DNA from: a virus
Taxonomy: Duplodnaviria; Heunggongvirae; Uroviricota; Caudoviricetes
IMG/VR virus record: IMGVR_UViG_3300035698_011431
Coordinates: 1-64,000 of that record
Length of the DNA: 64,000 nt
Strand: one strand, 5' to 3'
Both the position numbers and the translations under genes were made by a program. Positions 1-9,141 of this stretch are shown here, piece after piece; positions within the stretch are counted from its first letter, which is position 1, and every line of letters begins with the position of its first letter. The notes beneath the pieces are model-generated. The model had not been told where the DNA came from and did no database searches. It worked only from the letters and a program-made list of their open reading frames with translations.

Positions 1-17
1 GAGTAGATAGTGATTCT

Positions 18-926
18 ATGGGAACAATCACTTGGACTGAAGGGACAAGGACTTTTTCCCTTGAACCAAAAGCTGGTCAATCTGAATTTCATTTTTGGTC
101 AGGTGGGAAGTTCTTTTCAAAGACATCCACTGAAAGCCTTGTTATCCCCGATGTTGGAGGTACTTATTATGTTTATTATGATACGGATGGTGTCTTACAG
201 TCGGTATTAAACCAAAATTTTGCTGGTGATTTATTTAGAACTGTGGCTATTTCAGGGATGTGTTATTACAATAAAACAGAAGGCACTCTTTGGGTCGCTT
301 CAGATGAACAACACGGGATTATAATGGACTCAGTTACACATTTAAGACTGCATTTGACTGATGGGTATGCACTTTCAATATGGCAAGGTGATAGTGCTTT
401 AATAACAGGGTTAGTCGATGGTGCTACAACGTATACTAATACAGGTTCGGGATTGTTTGAAGATGAAGACATAAGGACAATGGCATCACTAGCGACAACT
501 CACCCTTTTATATATCGTGATGGTGCAACAGGCGAGTGGCGAGAAACAACAGCAGATAATGAATGTGGGCATACTGTTAGTGGTGATACTTGGAATTCTT
601 GGAACGAGAATACTTCAGGGACTATTTGGCAATTAACAGAGTGTACGAATTCAACTGATTTTGTTATTCAATTTTTCATTGCTACAAACTTCACACCCAA
701 CCCTATTAGAAAAATAATAGGTCAACAAACATATTCGAGTAGGGCAAATGCCAGAGCGGGGCTTAAAAATGAACTTACAGCAATCGAACTAGCAGGGTTA
801 CCTTCAGCAGAATCAGTATTTTTATATGCTTATATTTGCAAAAGGACTGGAGAAGTAGAAGATGACGGAGACGGGAATGATTATGTAGACTTAAGAGCCA
901 CAAAAGGATATAATTTACCTGATTAA
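18..926 (+). CDS. hypothetical protein; frame is open to the window edge, so the true start may lie upstream
   Basis: ORF track 302 aa; no stop in frame between nt 3 and 18; no motif recognised. Confidence 0.35.
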   Translation: MGTITWTEGTRTFSLEPKAGQSEFHFWSGGKFFSKTSTESLVIPDVGGTYYVYYDTDGVLQSVLNQNFAGDLFRTVAISGMCYYNKTEGTLWVASDEQHGIIMDSVTHLRLHLTDGYALSIWQGDSALITGLVDGATTYTNTGSGLFEDEDIRTMASLATTHPFIYRDGATGEWRETTADNECGHTVSGDTWNSWNENTSGTIWQLTECTNSTDFVIQFFIATNFTPNPIRKIIGQQTYSSRANARAGLKNELTAIELAGLPSAESVFLYAYICKRTGEVEDDGDGNDYVDLRATKGYNLPD

Positions 927-945
927 TAAATTAAATTTAAAAACA

Positions 946-1287
946 ATGGCAATAACAACAAGTGTAGATGGTGACAATAGAACCGTAACAATAGAATATA
1001 CAGCACTAAAGACAAAAGTAGATCCTACCCTAACGGATGCAGCTCAATGGATATACGAACATCCTGGTAAAGGACATGGAGACTTTACTGTATATAATGA
1101 AGGCGAAGAACCCACAGCAAAGACATTCGACGAGTTAACAAACTTAGAGAAATTACAGTTAATAGACAAAGGTGTTAAGGCTTCAATACTACACTGGGCT
1201 AAGAACAAAGATTCAAATGACAAAGAGATAGCAGCAAGGGAAGCGGTAGAAGCATCAAATCCTGATTATTCCTTAAATGGAGAATAA
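946..1287 (+). CDS. hypothetical protein in head module
   Basis: 113-aa ORF, same strand and tight spacing with flanking morphogenesis genes. Confidence 0.3.
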   Translation: MAITTSVDGDNRTVTIEYTALKTKVDPTLTDAAQWIYEHPGKGHGDFTVYNEGEEPTAKTFDELTNLEKLQLIDKGVKASILHWAKNKDSNDKEIAAREAVEASNPDYSLNGE

Positions 1288-1330
1288 GTGATATTGTGCA
1301 TGATATTATTGTTAATTTATATAAAAAGAA

Positions 1331-1765
1331 ATGAAGAATAAGGATCTAGTAAGAATCTATAATGGAATAAACTCCTTAACTGGATTAAAAGGGACAAAGT
1401 TTACTTATGCAATGGCTAAGAATAAAAGAATATTGGAACCTGAAGTAACAGATATCCAAGATACTTTGAAAAAAGATAATCCTAAGTTTGTAAAGTATCA
1501 AGAAGAGATGGGGGTTATAACAAAAAAGCTTAAACAGGAAAAAGATGAAAAGAAAGTAATCGAATTGCAAACAGAATTTACAGAAGTTCAAGAAAAACAT
1601 AAAGAGACAATAGATAAATTTATGGCTCAAGATAAAGAGTTGGGAGAGATAGAGAATAAAGTAGAGGTACATAAAATAAAACTAGAAGATGTTCCTGGTG
1701 AAATAACCAATGAACAAATGGATAGTATTTATGAGTTAATAGAGGGGAAAGTTGACGCAAAGTAA
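1331..1765 (+). CDS. hypothetical coiled-coil protein (K/E-rich, scaffold-like)
   Basis: 144-aa ORF, charged heptad-like composition; followed by hairpin+T-run terminator. Confidence 0.3.
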   Translation: MKNKDLVRIYNGINSLTGLKGTKFTYAMAKNKRILEPEVTDIQDTLKKDNPKFVKYQEEMGVITKKLKQEKDEKKVIELQTEFTEVQEKHKETIDKFMAQDKELGEIENKVEVHKIKLEDVPGEITNEQMDSIYELIEGKVDAK

Positions 1766-1815
1766 GATAGTTAGTATGTTATAGATACAAATTAGAATAG
1801 TCTTAGCGAAAAAAA

Positions 1816-1848
1816 GCGAGATCACGTACAAAGTGACTCGTTTTTTAT
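1816..1848 (+). terminator. intrinsic terminator (CGAGaTCAC/GTGACTCG stem + T6)
   Basis: stem-loop followed by TTTTTTATTTT; begins with the AAAAGCGAGAT box also seen at 5266 and 7460. Confidence 0.55.
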
Positions 1849-1884
1849 TTTGTTTAAAAAATAACATCTATAACCCTAAAACCC

Positions 1885-2940
1885 ATGGAAATTAAAAAAA
1901 ATAAGAAAGAATTAGAAGTAGTAATAAAGACAATAAGTGAGGATGGCGTTATTGAAGCCATTGCATCCGTTGAAAAGGAAGACAGAGATGGAGACATTGT
2001 AGTCCTTAGCGGGATAGATTTAAAAAACTTCAAAAAGAATTCCCCTGTATTATGGAATCATAATTCAGGTCTTCCTGCTATTGGAAGAGTTATAAAGACT
2101 TGGATTGCCGGAAAGAAATTAATGATGAGTTTTGTCCTTGATAAAGCGGATTCATTTGCAATGGATATAAATAGAAAGATAGTAGACGGATTTATTAAAG
2201 CATTCTCAATAGGATTTATTCCATTAGAATTTGAAGGGAATAAGATAACTAGGACAGAAATGCTTGAGTTATCAGTAGTAAATATTGGAGCTAATGCGGA
2301 AGCATTGAGATCATTCGGAAAATCTTTTGAGGCTAAGGTAAAAGCATTTGAAGCGACTGAAAAGGAAGAGGTAAAGGAGGAAACAGAAGTTGTTTCAAAA
2401 GAAACAAAGGAAGTGGAAAAGGAAAGTGTTGAAAATATTACAGTCAATGTTGCAGTGGATGTTGATCCAAAAAAGGTAGTAAAAGAGGTTAAAGAAATCA
2501 TAGATGAAAAGGAAGTTGATGTTGATGGAGAAGAAGAGTTGGTTACCAAAGAAGAAAACACAGTAGTAGAAAAGGAAGAAGAGGAAGAACTCAAAGGAGA
2601 GGAAAAAGAAACAAAGGAAGATAAACCAGAAAAGGAAGAAGACAAAGAAGATAAAGAAGATATTAAGAAAGAAGATGAGGTAGTTGAGGATAAAACAGAA
2701 GCAAAAAAATTAGAAACTACAGAAGATGTAAAGAACATGGTTCGTAATGCAATAGATTCAATGAATATAACAGTTGAAGCTTTAAGTGGAGTTCTCAGCA
2801 ACTCAGAATCCACAAAAGGTGATAAGACTGTTCCAAAAAAGAAAAAGGTCGAAGACCCAGCCAATAAAAAGGTTGTGAAAAAAGGGAAGCTCGCATACAG
2901 AGCTTTAGAGTCGTTATTACAAGACTTAAAAAAACAATAA
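1885..2940 (+). CDS. prohead protease (HK97/U35-like N-terminal domain) with acidic, lysine-rich C-terminal scaffold-like tail
   Basis: N-terminal ~170 aa resemble phage prohead protease; C-terminal half is E/K/D low complexity; immediately upstream of the capsid gene. Confidence 0.55.
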   Translation: MEIKKNKKELEVVIKTISEDGVIEAIASVEKEDRDGDIVVLSGIDLKNFKKNSPVLWNHNSGLPAIGRVIKTWIAGKKLMMSFVLDKADSFAMDINRKIVDGFIKAFSIGFIPLEFEGNKITRTEMLELSVVNIGANAEALRSFGKSFEAKVKAFEATEKEEVKEETEVVSKETKEVEKESVENITVNVAVDVDPKKVVKEVKEIIDEKEVDVDGEEELVTKEENTVVEKEEEEELKGEEKETKEDKPEKEEDKEDKEDIKKEDEVVEDKTEAKKLETTEDVKNMVRNAIDSMNITVEALSGVLSNSESTKGDKTVPKKKKVEDPANKKVVKKGKLAYRALESLLQDLKKQ

Positions 2941-2941
2941 A

Positions 2942-4255
2942 ATGGAAAAAGAACTAAAAGAAAAGTTGGCAGCTTATTTAATGAAAGATGCTGACACAGA
3001 AGATAAAGAAGAGGTCAAAGAAGAAGTTAAAGAAGATTCAAAGGAAGGCGAAACAAAAAGTGTTGAATCAATGAAAAACGAAATCGCAGAAAGTATCGCA
3101 AAAACAGTTTTCGATAAACTGGAAAGCGATAAAGTTGCTAAAGAATCAAAAGAAAAAGCAGCAAAAGTTAACGAGGTAAACGTACCTAGTATTCAAGTAA
3201 AAGAATATGAAAGAGCTATTTATACTAAGAAAGATGGAAGTAAAATCACTTGTGCGAAATCAGTGAGTGAAGCTATTCAAGGTTGGTATAAAAGTGTTGC
3301 TTCTCGAAATTACGAGGCAGCAGAGACAAAGAGAGCGGAAATCGATACTAAATTTGCACATTTAACAAAGAATGGTTTAGAACCATTGAATCAAACAAAT
3401 GCAGCAGATGGTGGTGTATTAGTTCCAACAATTTTAGCTAATTTTATCGTAGAGATAAAAGAAGATGTGGCTAAAATGAGAGCATTGTCAAATCCTATTG
3501 ACATGACTTCAATGCCTGGTAACACACTAGACATTTCAAAAGAACTTACAAACCCGAAAGTATCATGGTCCGGTATCGAACAATATGATGCTGATAAGTC
3601 AACTACTTCAGCTCAGTATGAGAAGCAAACACTTACTCCTTATACTGTAGCCGCTGTTGTAGCTATTACTAATCAGTTGATTGCAGATTCACCTTTCAAT
3701 ATGATTCAGATCCTTTCTCGTCAACTAGGACGAGCAATGGCTACTGAAGAAGATAGGGTGGCTATCAATGGAACGGGTGTTAATCAACCTACGGGAATTA
3801 GCACATATACTGCAAGCTCAACTATCAATGCAGGTGGAAACCTAACATTTGATAATTTGAACTCGGCATATTGGGCAATGAGAGAAAGTTATAGAGAAGG
3901 TGCTGTTTGGCTCATGAATTCAAATAGGATGGGAGTTGTTCAAGGATTAAAAGATTCTAACAACCGACCTATTTACATCCCTCAAACATTGACAGGGCAA
4001 CCTCCAATGTTGAATAACCTACCTGTTATAGAAAACAATAATGTGGCAAATGCAAGCATTTACCTAATTAACATGAGTTTTTACATGTGGGCATTCAAGA
4101 GTGGTGTTGTAATCGATATTGCTGACCAAGCAAGTATTGGAACTTCAGATCCTGTAAACTTATGGATGAGAAACATGAAAGCTGTTAAAGCTGAAGCTAG
4201 GTATGATGCCGAACTTGTGGATGTTCGCGGACTTACTGAAATTACAAATCCATAG
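2942..4255 (+). CDS. major capsid protein, HK97 fold, with N-terminal delta/scaffold-like coiled-coil
   Basis: 437 aa; charged N-terminal ~60 aa then capsid core incl. GGVLVPT-type motif; position after protease. Confidence 0.75.
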   Translation: MEKELKEKLAAYLMKDADTEDKEEVKEEVKEDSKEGETKSVESMKNEIAESIAKTVFDKLESDKVAKESKEKAAKVNEVNVPSIQVKEYERAIYTKKDGSKITCAKSVSEAIQGWYKSVASRNYEAAETKRAEIDTKFAHLTKNGLEPLNQTNAADGGVLVPTILANFIVEIKEDVAKMRALSNPIDMTSMPGNTLDISKELTNPKVSWSGIEQYDADKSTTSAQYEKQTLTPYTVAAVVAITNQLIADSPFNMIQILSRQLGRAMATEEDRVAINGTGVNQPTGISTYTASSTINAGGNLTFDNLNSAYWAMRESYREGAVWLMNSNRMGVVQGLKDSNNRPIYIPQTLTGQPPMLNNLPVIENNNVANASIYLINMSFYMWAFKSGVVIDIADQASIGTSDPVNLWMRNMKAVKAEARYDAELVDVRGLTEITNP

Positions 4256-4267
4256 GAATAGTTTGAA

Positions 4268-4307
4268 AGTACTGAGATTGAGGGGAGATACGCCCCTCAA
4301 TTCAGTA
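4268..4307 (+). promoter_or_regulatory. 15-bp near-perfect stem-loop between capsid gene and homing endonuclease, no U-tract
   Basis: ACTGAGATTGAGGGG...CCCCTCAATTCAGT inverted repeat. Confidence 0.4.
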
Positions 4308-4375
4308 CGGTTAAACGATTTGACGCTGAACATAAAATACGTTATAATATATAACATAGAATTAATATTATAATC

Positions 4376-5245
4376 ATGGAAAGTAAAAGATTTTATGTTT
4401 ATCAATTAATAGACTCTAGGACTGAACAGGTTTTCTATATAGGTAAAGGACAAGGAAAAAGGTGTAATGATCATGAACGAAATGCAAAAAAGGGTCGTTC
4501 TCATAACAGGCATTTAGGATATAAAATTCTGAAGATCCTGGGAGAAGGGGAAGAGGTGAAGATAAAGAAAGTATTTGAGACTGATGTTGAGCAAGAAGCA
4601 TTTGACAGGGAGATTGAATTAATAAAAATGTATGGGAAAGAAAACTTATGTAATTACGCTGATGGAGGGGAAGGATCGTCTGGGGTGCCATCACCTAAGA
4701 AGGGGCTTACTGTAAATGACGATGATAGGATAAGAAGATTTGTAGAAGCAGGTAGAAAGGCAAGGAAAGGAATGTCGGCATGGAACAAAGGCAAAGAATA
4801 TACAGAAGAGGAAAAAGAGATGATAGATATGGAAGGGTTAAAGAAATATAGAGAAGAGCATGGCAATTGGAACAAAGGCAAAACCTTTTCAAAGGAATAC
4901 CGTCAAAAACTATCAGAAGCCCACAAGGGAAAAACGCTACCAGAAGAACAAAAACGAAAGATAGGACAAGCATTAAAGGGAAGGATAGTAACTGAAGAGA
5001 CTAGGAAGAAAATAGGGGATGCTAATAGAGGAAAGAATAGTGTAAATTATGGTAGGAAATATTCAGAAGAAGAAAGAGCAGAATTAAGTATGAAAGGTAA
5101 TTCTAAGCTAGATCGAGAAACGGTACTAGCAATAAGGGGCTATAGTGGTAACATGAGTTTAAGAGAGTTAGGGGTAAAATATGGAGTATCTAAACAGATA
5201 GCACAAGGTGTGAAGAGTGGGCGAACATACCAATACATAAAGTAA
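4376..5245 (+). CDS. GIY-YIG homing endonuclease with repeated NUMOD3-like DNA-binding motifs
   Basis: N-terminus FYVYQLIDSRTEQVFYIGKGQGKRCNDH (GIY-YIG); repeated W/NKGK...E/K modules; free-standing between capsid and connector genes. Confidence 0.8.
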   Translation: MESKRFYVYQLIDSRTEQVFYIGKGQGKRCNDHERNAKKGRSHNRHLGYKILKILGEGEEVKIKKVFETDVEQEAFDREIELIKMYGKENLCNYADGGEGSSGVPSPKKGLTVNDDDRIRRFVEAGRKARKGMSAWNKGKEYTEEEKEMIDMEGLKKYREEHGNWNKGKTFSKEYRQKLSEAHKGKTLPEEQKRKIGQALKGRIVTEETRKKIGDANRGKNSVNYGRKYSEEERAELSMKGNSKLDRETVLAIRGYSGNMSLRELGVKYGVSKQIAQGVKSGRTYQYIK

Positions 5246-5265
5246 AATAAAATATATCTAGCTAA

Positions 5266-5312
5266 AAAAGGCGAGATCGTATCCTATAAAAAGGTACGGT
5301 TTCGCTTTTTTA
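5266..5312 (+). terminator. imperfect hairpin + T6 after the endonuclease gene
   Basis: GCGAGATCGTATCC...GGTACGGTTTCGC then TTTTTT. Confidence 0.4.
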
Positions 5313-5327
5313 AATTAGAAAAATAAT

Positions 5328-5555
5328 ATGCCAATAATTAAACTTACAAAACCATATAGAGATTATAAAGCAGGATGGGAAGGTGAAATGGATAAGACTA
5401 AATGTGAAGAATTAATCTTAAGAGATAATGCGGTTTATATAGAAGTAATAAAACCATATATGTCTGAAATAAAGGGAGCTAAAAATAAGATGATAAATAC
5501 AACCAAGAAAAGAAAGGTTGTAAGGAGAAAAAGAAAAGTAACTAAGAAGAAATAA
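5328..5555 (+). CDS. small protein with very basic C-terminus
   Basis: 75 aa, C-terminal KKRKVVRRKRKVTKKK. Confidence 0.35.
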   Translation: MPIIKLTKPYRDYKAGWEGEMDKTKCEELILRDNAVYIEVIKPYMSEIKGAKNKMINTTKKRKVVRRKRKVTKKK

Positions 5556-5557
5556 AT

Positions 5558-6181
5558 ATGGCTATAGTAGCACATGCCTTAACTACTCTTGATAGAATCA
5601 AAGATTTCCTTGGAATAACAGGGTCAACTTCCGATACGATCTTAGAAAGATTAATAAATTCGGCCTCTGATTTTATTGAAAAGGAAGTAGGAGGAAGAAG
5701 ATTTAAACTTACTGCTTATACTAATGAAGAATATGATGGTTCGGGAACTTCAATATTAAACTTGAGAAATTGGCCTGTTAGTAGTACAGCAACTACAACT
5801 CTTCAGTTTAGAGAAACATTAGAGAATGTAGCACAATGGCAAACGATACAAAGCAAAGATTATAAAATTGATCTTATTTCCGGCCAGCTTAAATTTATAC
5901 AGGGGACATTGTTTAGCGACATTCCCTTGCATTATAGGGTTAGTTTCACGGCTGGATTTGATTATGATAATGTAGCAACATTTTTATCAGATATAGGAGA
6001 AGGTGACTTAGAATATGCATGTTGGATATTAGTCAGGGATTATTTCAATAAAAAAGGCAAGTCTGGGGATATACAATCGGAATCAATTGGAAATTATTCG
6101 GTAACATTTAATCTAGTAATAAGGAGAGATCAAGAAATGCAAGATATAATCAGAAAGTATTCCCGACCAATGGTGTTTTAA
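5558..6181 (+). CDS. head-tail connector/adaptor (gp6-like)
   Basis: 207 aa; N-terminus MAIVAHALTTLDRIKDFLGI typical of head-tail connector proteins; gene order. Confidence 0.5.
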   Translation: MAIVAHALTTLDRIKDFLGITGSTSDTILERLINSASDFIEKEVGGRRFKLTAYTNEEYDGSGTSILNLRNWPVSSTATTTLQFRETLENVAQWQTIQSKDYKIDLISGQLKFIQGTLFSDIPLHYRVSFTAGFDYDNVATFLSDIGEGDLEYACWILVRDYFNKKGKSGDIQSESIGNYSVTFNLVIRRDQEMQDIIRKYSRPMVF

Positions 6182-6188
6182 TAATAAT

Positions 6189-6518
6189 ATGAGTACAATA
6201 CAACATTTATTTAATAGAAGTTTAACAATAAGAAGGAAGCAATTATTGAATGGTTTCAAGAAAGATTTCAGTACTGTTACCGCTTCTATGCCAGCTCATA
6301 TTCAAAGAGGGACAAGTAATACAGCGATAGATATATATGGAGTAGACAGAGCAGCTTTTTCAGGATGGGTTGATATTAATGCGGATGTTAAGAAGAACGA
6401 CATGATAATAGATCAATCAGACGGTAGAATATATATGGTATCGGCAGTAATAAGGCAGGGAACGGATACAGCAGTGAATGAACATAAGGAATTAATATTA
6501 GCCGAATATCCCAAATAA
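6189..6518 (+). CDS. head-closure / head-tail joining protein (putative)
   Basis: 109 aa, position after connector. Confidence 0.35.
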   Translation: MSTIQHLFNRSLTIRRKQLLNGFKKDFSTVTASMPAHIQRGTSNTAIDIYGVDRAAFSGWVDINADVKKNDMIIDQSDGRIYMVSAVIRQGTDTAVNEHKELILAEYPK

Positions 6519-6544
6519 GTAAGCAAATAAATAAATAAAAAGAG

Positions 6545-6943
6545 ATGGCAAGCAAAGGATTTACTATAAGAATACCTAGTCTTAATAGATATAAAAAAGC
6601 ATTGAGTTCATATCCGAAACTAGTAAGGCCAAAGATAAAGGAGGCCATGAAGAAATCTATTAAGGATATAGAGAAAGCAACTGTTCCTATAACACCGATT
6701 GATACGGGAAAGCTAAGAAAATCATTAAAAACAGGTCAAAGGATTACAGCTACTAGAGGAGTGATAGGAACAGGATTAGGTTATGCATTATATCAACATG
6801 AGACAACAGGTTTGAATCATCCAGGTGGAGGAGAAGCAAAATATTTAGAGACAGGAACTCAAGATTCAATGAAAAAGATTCAAAAGAATTTCGGGCTTGC
6901 AGTGGATGAAACGTTAAAAATAATATCTAAATTCGGAGATTAA
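6545..6943 (+). CDS. neck protein (HK97 gp10-like, putative)
   Basis: 132 aa, size and position. Confidence 0.35.
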   Translation: MASKGFTIRIPSLNRYKKALSSYPKLVRPKIKEAMKKSIKDIEKATVPITPIDTGKLRKSLKTGQRITATRGVIGTGLGYALYQHETTGLNHPGGGEAKYLETGTQDSMKKIQKNFGLAVDETLKIISKFGD

Positions 6944-6954
6944 TCAATAGACAA

Positions 6955-7425
6955 ATGGCACAATCAGTTCATACTTTGATAAAAAATAGAATAAAGACTA
7001 AACTAGAGGAAGTGGACAAGATTCAAGTAGTTTATGATAAGCCTCAATTAGAGTTTGGAGGAATGCCTGCCGCTACTATAATGAGTAGTACGATTGAATC
7101 AGAACCAAACGAAAATGCTAGTGATGAAAGGCGATATATATTTAAAGTTAGATTGTTTTATGATGTTGATAGGGATAATAATGATTCGGTAGGATGGGCA
7201 GTGGATTCACTTTATGATTTGGTAGATGATGTCTTAGATAAGTTTACAGAAGACAAGGATTGGAATAGTCCAACCTCATTTGCCGCTTCAATCCCAGCTA
7301 ACTATACATGGATAGGATTAGATACAGCTGTAGGAGAATGGGATCAAGAAGATGAAAGATCAATAATATTTGTTGATATAGAAATAACAGCCAAGTTTTT
7401 GAGAGATACGGGAGCTTGTTCATAA
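6955..7425 (+). CDS. tail-completion/neck protein (putative)
   Basis: 156 aa, position before major tail gene; followed by terminator. Confidence 0.3.
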   Translation: MAQSVHTLIKNRIKTKLEEVDKIQVVYDKPQLEFGGMPAATIMSSTIESEPNENASDERRYIFKVRLFYDVDRDNNDSVGWAVDSLYDLVDDVLDKFTEDKDWNSPTSFAASIPANYTWIGLDTAVGEWDQEDERSIIFVDIEITAKFLRDTGACS

Positions 7426-7462
7426 CAAGTTCAAAACTAAATTAAATAGTCTAGCTATAAAA

Positions 7463-7510
7463 GCGAGATAAGTTTATATGAAAGCCATATAAGTTTATCT
7501 CGTTTTTTTT
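7463..7510 (+). terminator. intrinsic terminator (17-bp stem, T8)
   Basis: GCGAGATAAGTTTATATG...CATATAAGTTTATCTCG then TTTTTTTT; AAAAGCGAGAT box. Confidence 0.6.
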
Positions 7511-7532
7511 ATTAATTAATTATTTTAAAAAT

Positions 7533-8507
7533 ATGACAACATTCTCGGGGCGAAGAGTCTCAGTAGGATTAGCGAAGGAGATTACAAGGGGAACGGGTGT
7601 AGCACCAGCTCACTGGTTACCACATACATCTCTTTCTTACGATGACAAAGTAGAAAAAGTTGATAGCACTGAAGCTATTGGAAGGATAGAGGATTCGGAT
7701 GACACATTTGTAACAAGCAAATGGGCTGAAGGATCATTAGAAGGAAATATTCGAACAGAAGGATTTGGATTAATATTATTGGGAACAATGGGTACTGTTG
7801 TATCTGCCAGTGTAGGTGGAAGTGCTTATTCTCACACCTATACTCTAAGTCAAACAAATAACCATCAATCATTGACATTTACAGCTGTTGATCCAATCGG
7901 AACTTCTCAGTTCGTAAAATCAGTAATTAGTAGCTTGGCAATCAATGTAGAAACAAATGCTCTAGTAACTCATACAACTGAGTTTATGGGGATGACTTCA
8001 AAGGGAGCTTCTGCAACTGCTTCATTTGCATCAGAACCAACCTTTACTTCAAGACATGTTTGTTTGAAATTAGCTGCTGATACAACGGGATTAGACGCAG
8101 CTACGAATATAACAATCAAAGGATTTACAGTTACATTCACTAAGAATGTTCTAAAGAATGATGTTACATGTTCAGTAGAACCAGATGACTTCTTTAATCA
8201 GGACTTTGTAGTTGAGGGAGAATTTACGCTTGATTATAATGACAGGGTTTACAGGGAACTAATGAGAGAAAATAGTTATCGAGCATTGAGGTTAACAGCA
8301 GAAGATACTGGGGTATCAATTGGAGACGATGATAATCCTAAATTAGTTATTGAATTATCAAGAGTAGATCTTAGAGATTGGGAAGCTGATAGGCCTATTG
8401 ATAGTGTGAGTACCCAAAAGGTAGCTTTTAAGGCATTTGTTGATATCGCCAATTCAAAAGATATGGTAAATGAAATTTCGCTCGTCAATACTACTGCTAG
8501 TTATTAG
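7533..8507 (+). CDS. major tail (tube) protein
   Basis: 324 aa, follows a strong terminator, precedes the chaperone/TMP pair. Confidence 0.5.
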   Translation: MTTFSGRRVSVGLAKEITRGTGVAPAHWLPHTSLSYDDKVEKVDSTEAIGRIEDSDDTFVTSKWAEGSLEGNIRTEGFGLILLGTMGTVVSASVGGSAYSHTYTLSQTNNHQSLTFTAVDPIGTSQFVKSVISSLAINVETNALVTHTTEFMGMTSKGASATASFASEPTFTSRHVCLKLAADTTGLDAATNITIKGFTVTFTKNVLKNDVTCSVEPDDFFNQDFVVEGEFTLDYNDRVYRELMRENSYRALRLTAEDTGVSIGDDDNPKLVIELSRVDLRDWEADRPIDSVSTQKVAFKAFVDIANSKDMVNEISLVNTTASY

Positions 8508-8538
8508 ATAAAAACTTATTAATTAAATCGAATAAAAA

Positions 8539-8886
8539 ATGGAAACAATAGATAGGCCAACAAAAGAAAAAACAATAGGGAATCACAAAATCGTATATAA
8601 AGAATACTTAACAAAGAGAGATAGGCTTTCAATCGATAAGGCTGGAACAGCTAATGCTTCAAGTATTATGCAACAAGGTAGTCAGGAAATGGAAATGAAA
8701 GGATTCTTTGATCCGGAGGCAGCAACCAATGCAGGGATTAAAGCGGTCTTGATTAAAGTAGATGACTTTGAAGGAGATGCAATGTGTAACTTTCTATTGG
8801 ATATGAAGGAGCAAGAATCAGATCCGATTTTCGATTTCATTAATGAACAGACTGAAGAACATAAAAAGGAAGCAAAAAAAAACTAG
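8539..8886 (+). CDS. tail assembly chaperone (gpG-like)
   Basis: 115 aa, acidic, directly upstream of tape measure; ends at an A9 slippery run. Confidence 0.6.
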   Translation: METIDRPTKEKTIGNHKIVYKEYLTKRDRLSIDKAGTANASSIMQQGSQEMEMKGFFDPEAATNAGIKAVLIKVDDFEGDAMCNFLLDMKEQESDPIFDFINEQTEEHKKEAKKN

Positions 8887-9125
8887 ATGATTTTCATCGA
8901 GAATATGATGATTATTTATCAGCATATTCTAAACAAGGAAAACTTACAGAGGAAATACTATGTATATCTGTATGTGAAAAAATGGGCTGGGGAAAGGAAG
9001 AATACCTTGCCCAGCCTGATTTATTTATAAATCAATTATTAGTTAAGTGGAGTCTTGATTCGGAGGATGAGGAAATGAAAGCAAAACAAGCAGAGACGGA
9101 ATCAACTTCTAAGTTAAAGAAATAA
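8874..9125 (+). CDS. -1 frameshift extension of the tail chaperone (gpGT-like)
   Basis: A9 run at 8874-8882; the -1 frame is open for 83 codons to TAA at 9123-9125 and has no ATG start of its own. Confidence 0.55.
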   Translation, partial: KKKLDDFHREYDDYLSAYSKQGKLTEEILCISVCEKMGWGKEEYLAQPDLFINQLLVKWSLDSEDEEMKAKQAETESTSKLKK

Positions 9126-9141
9126 ATTAAATTACAAAACC

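Noticed and set aside
2058-2864. 268-aa antisense ORF opposite the prohead protease/scaffold gene
   Set aside because: S/T/F-rich low-complexity product, mirror image of the E/K-rich sense strand; composition artefact
4376-5245. group I intron housing the GIY-YIG gene
   Set aside because: flanking capsid and connector genes are intact and separate, with no split exon or intron core elements recognisable; treated as free-standing endonuclease
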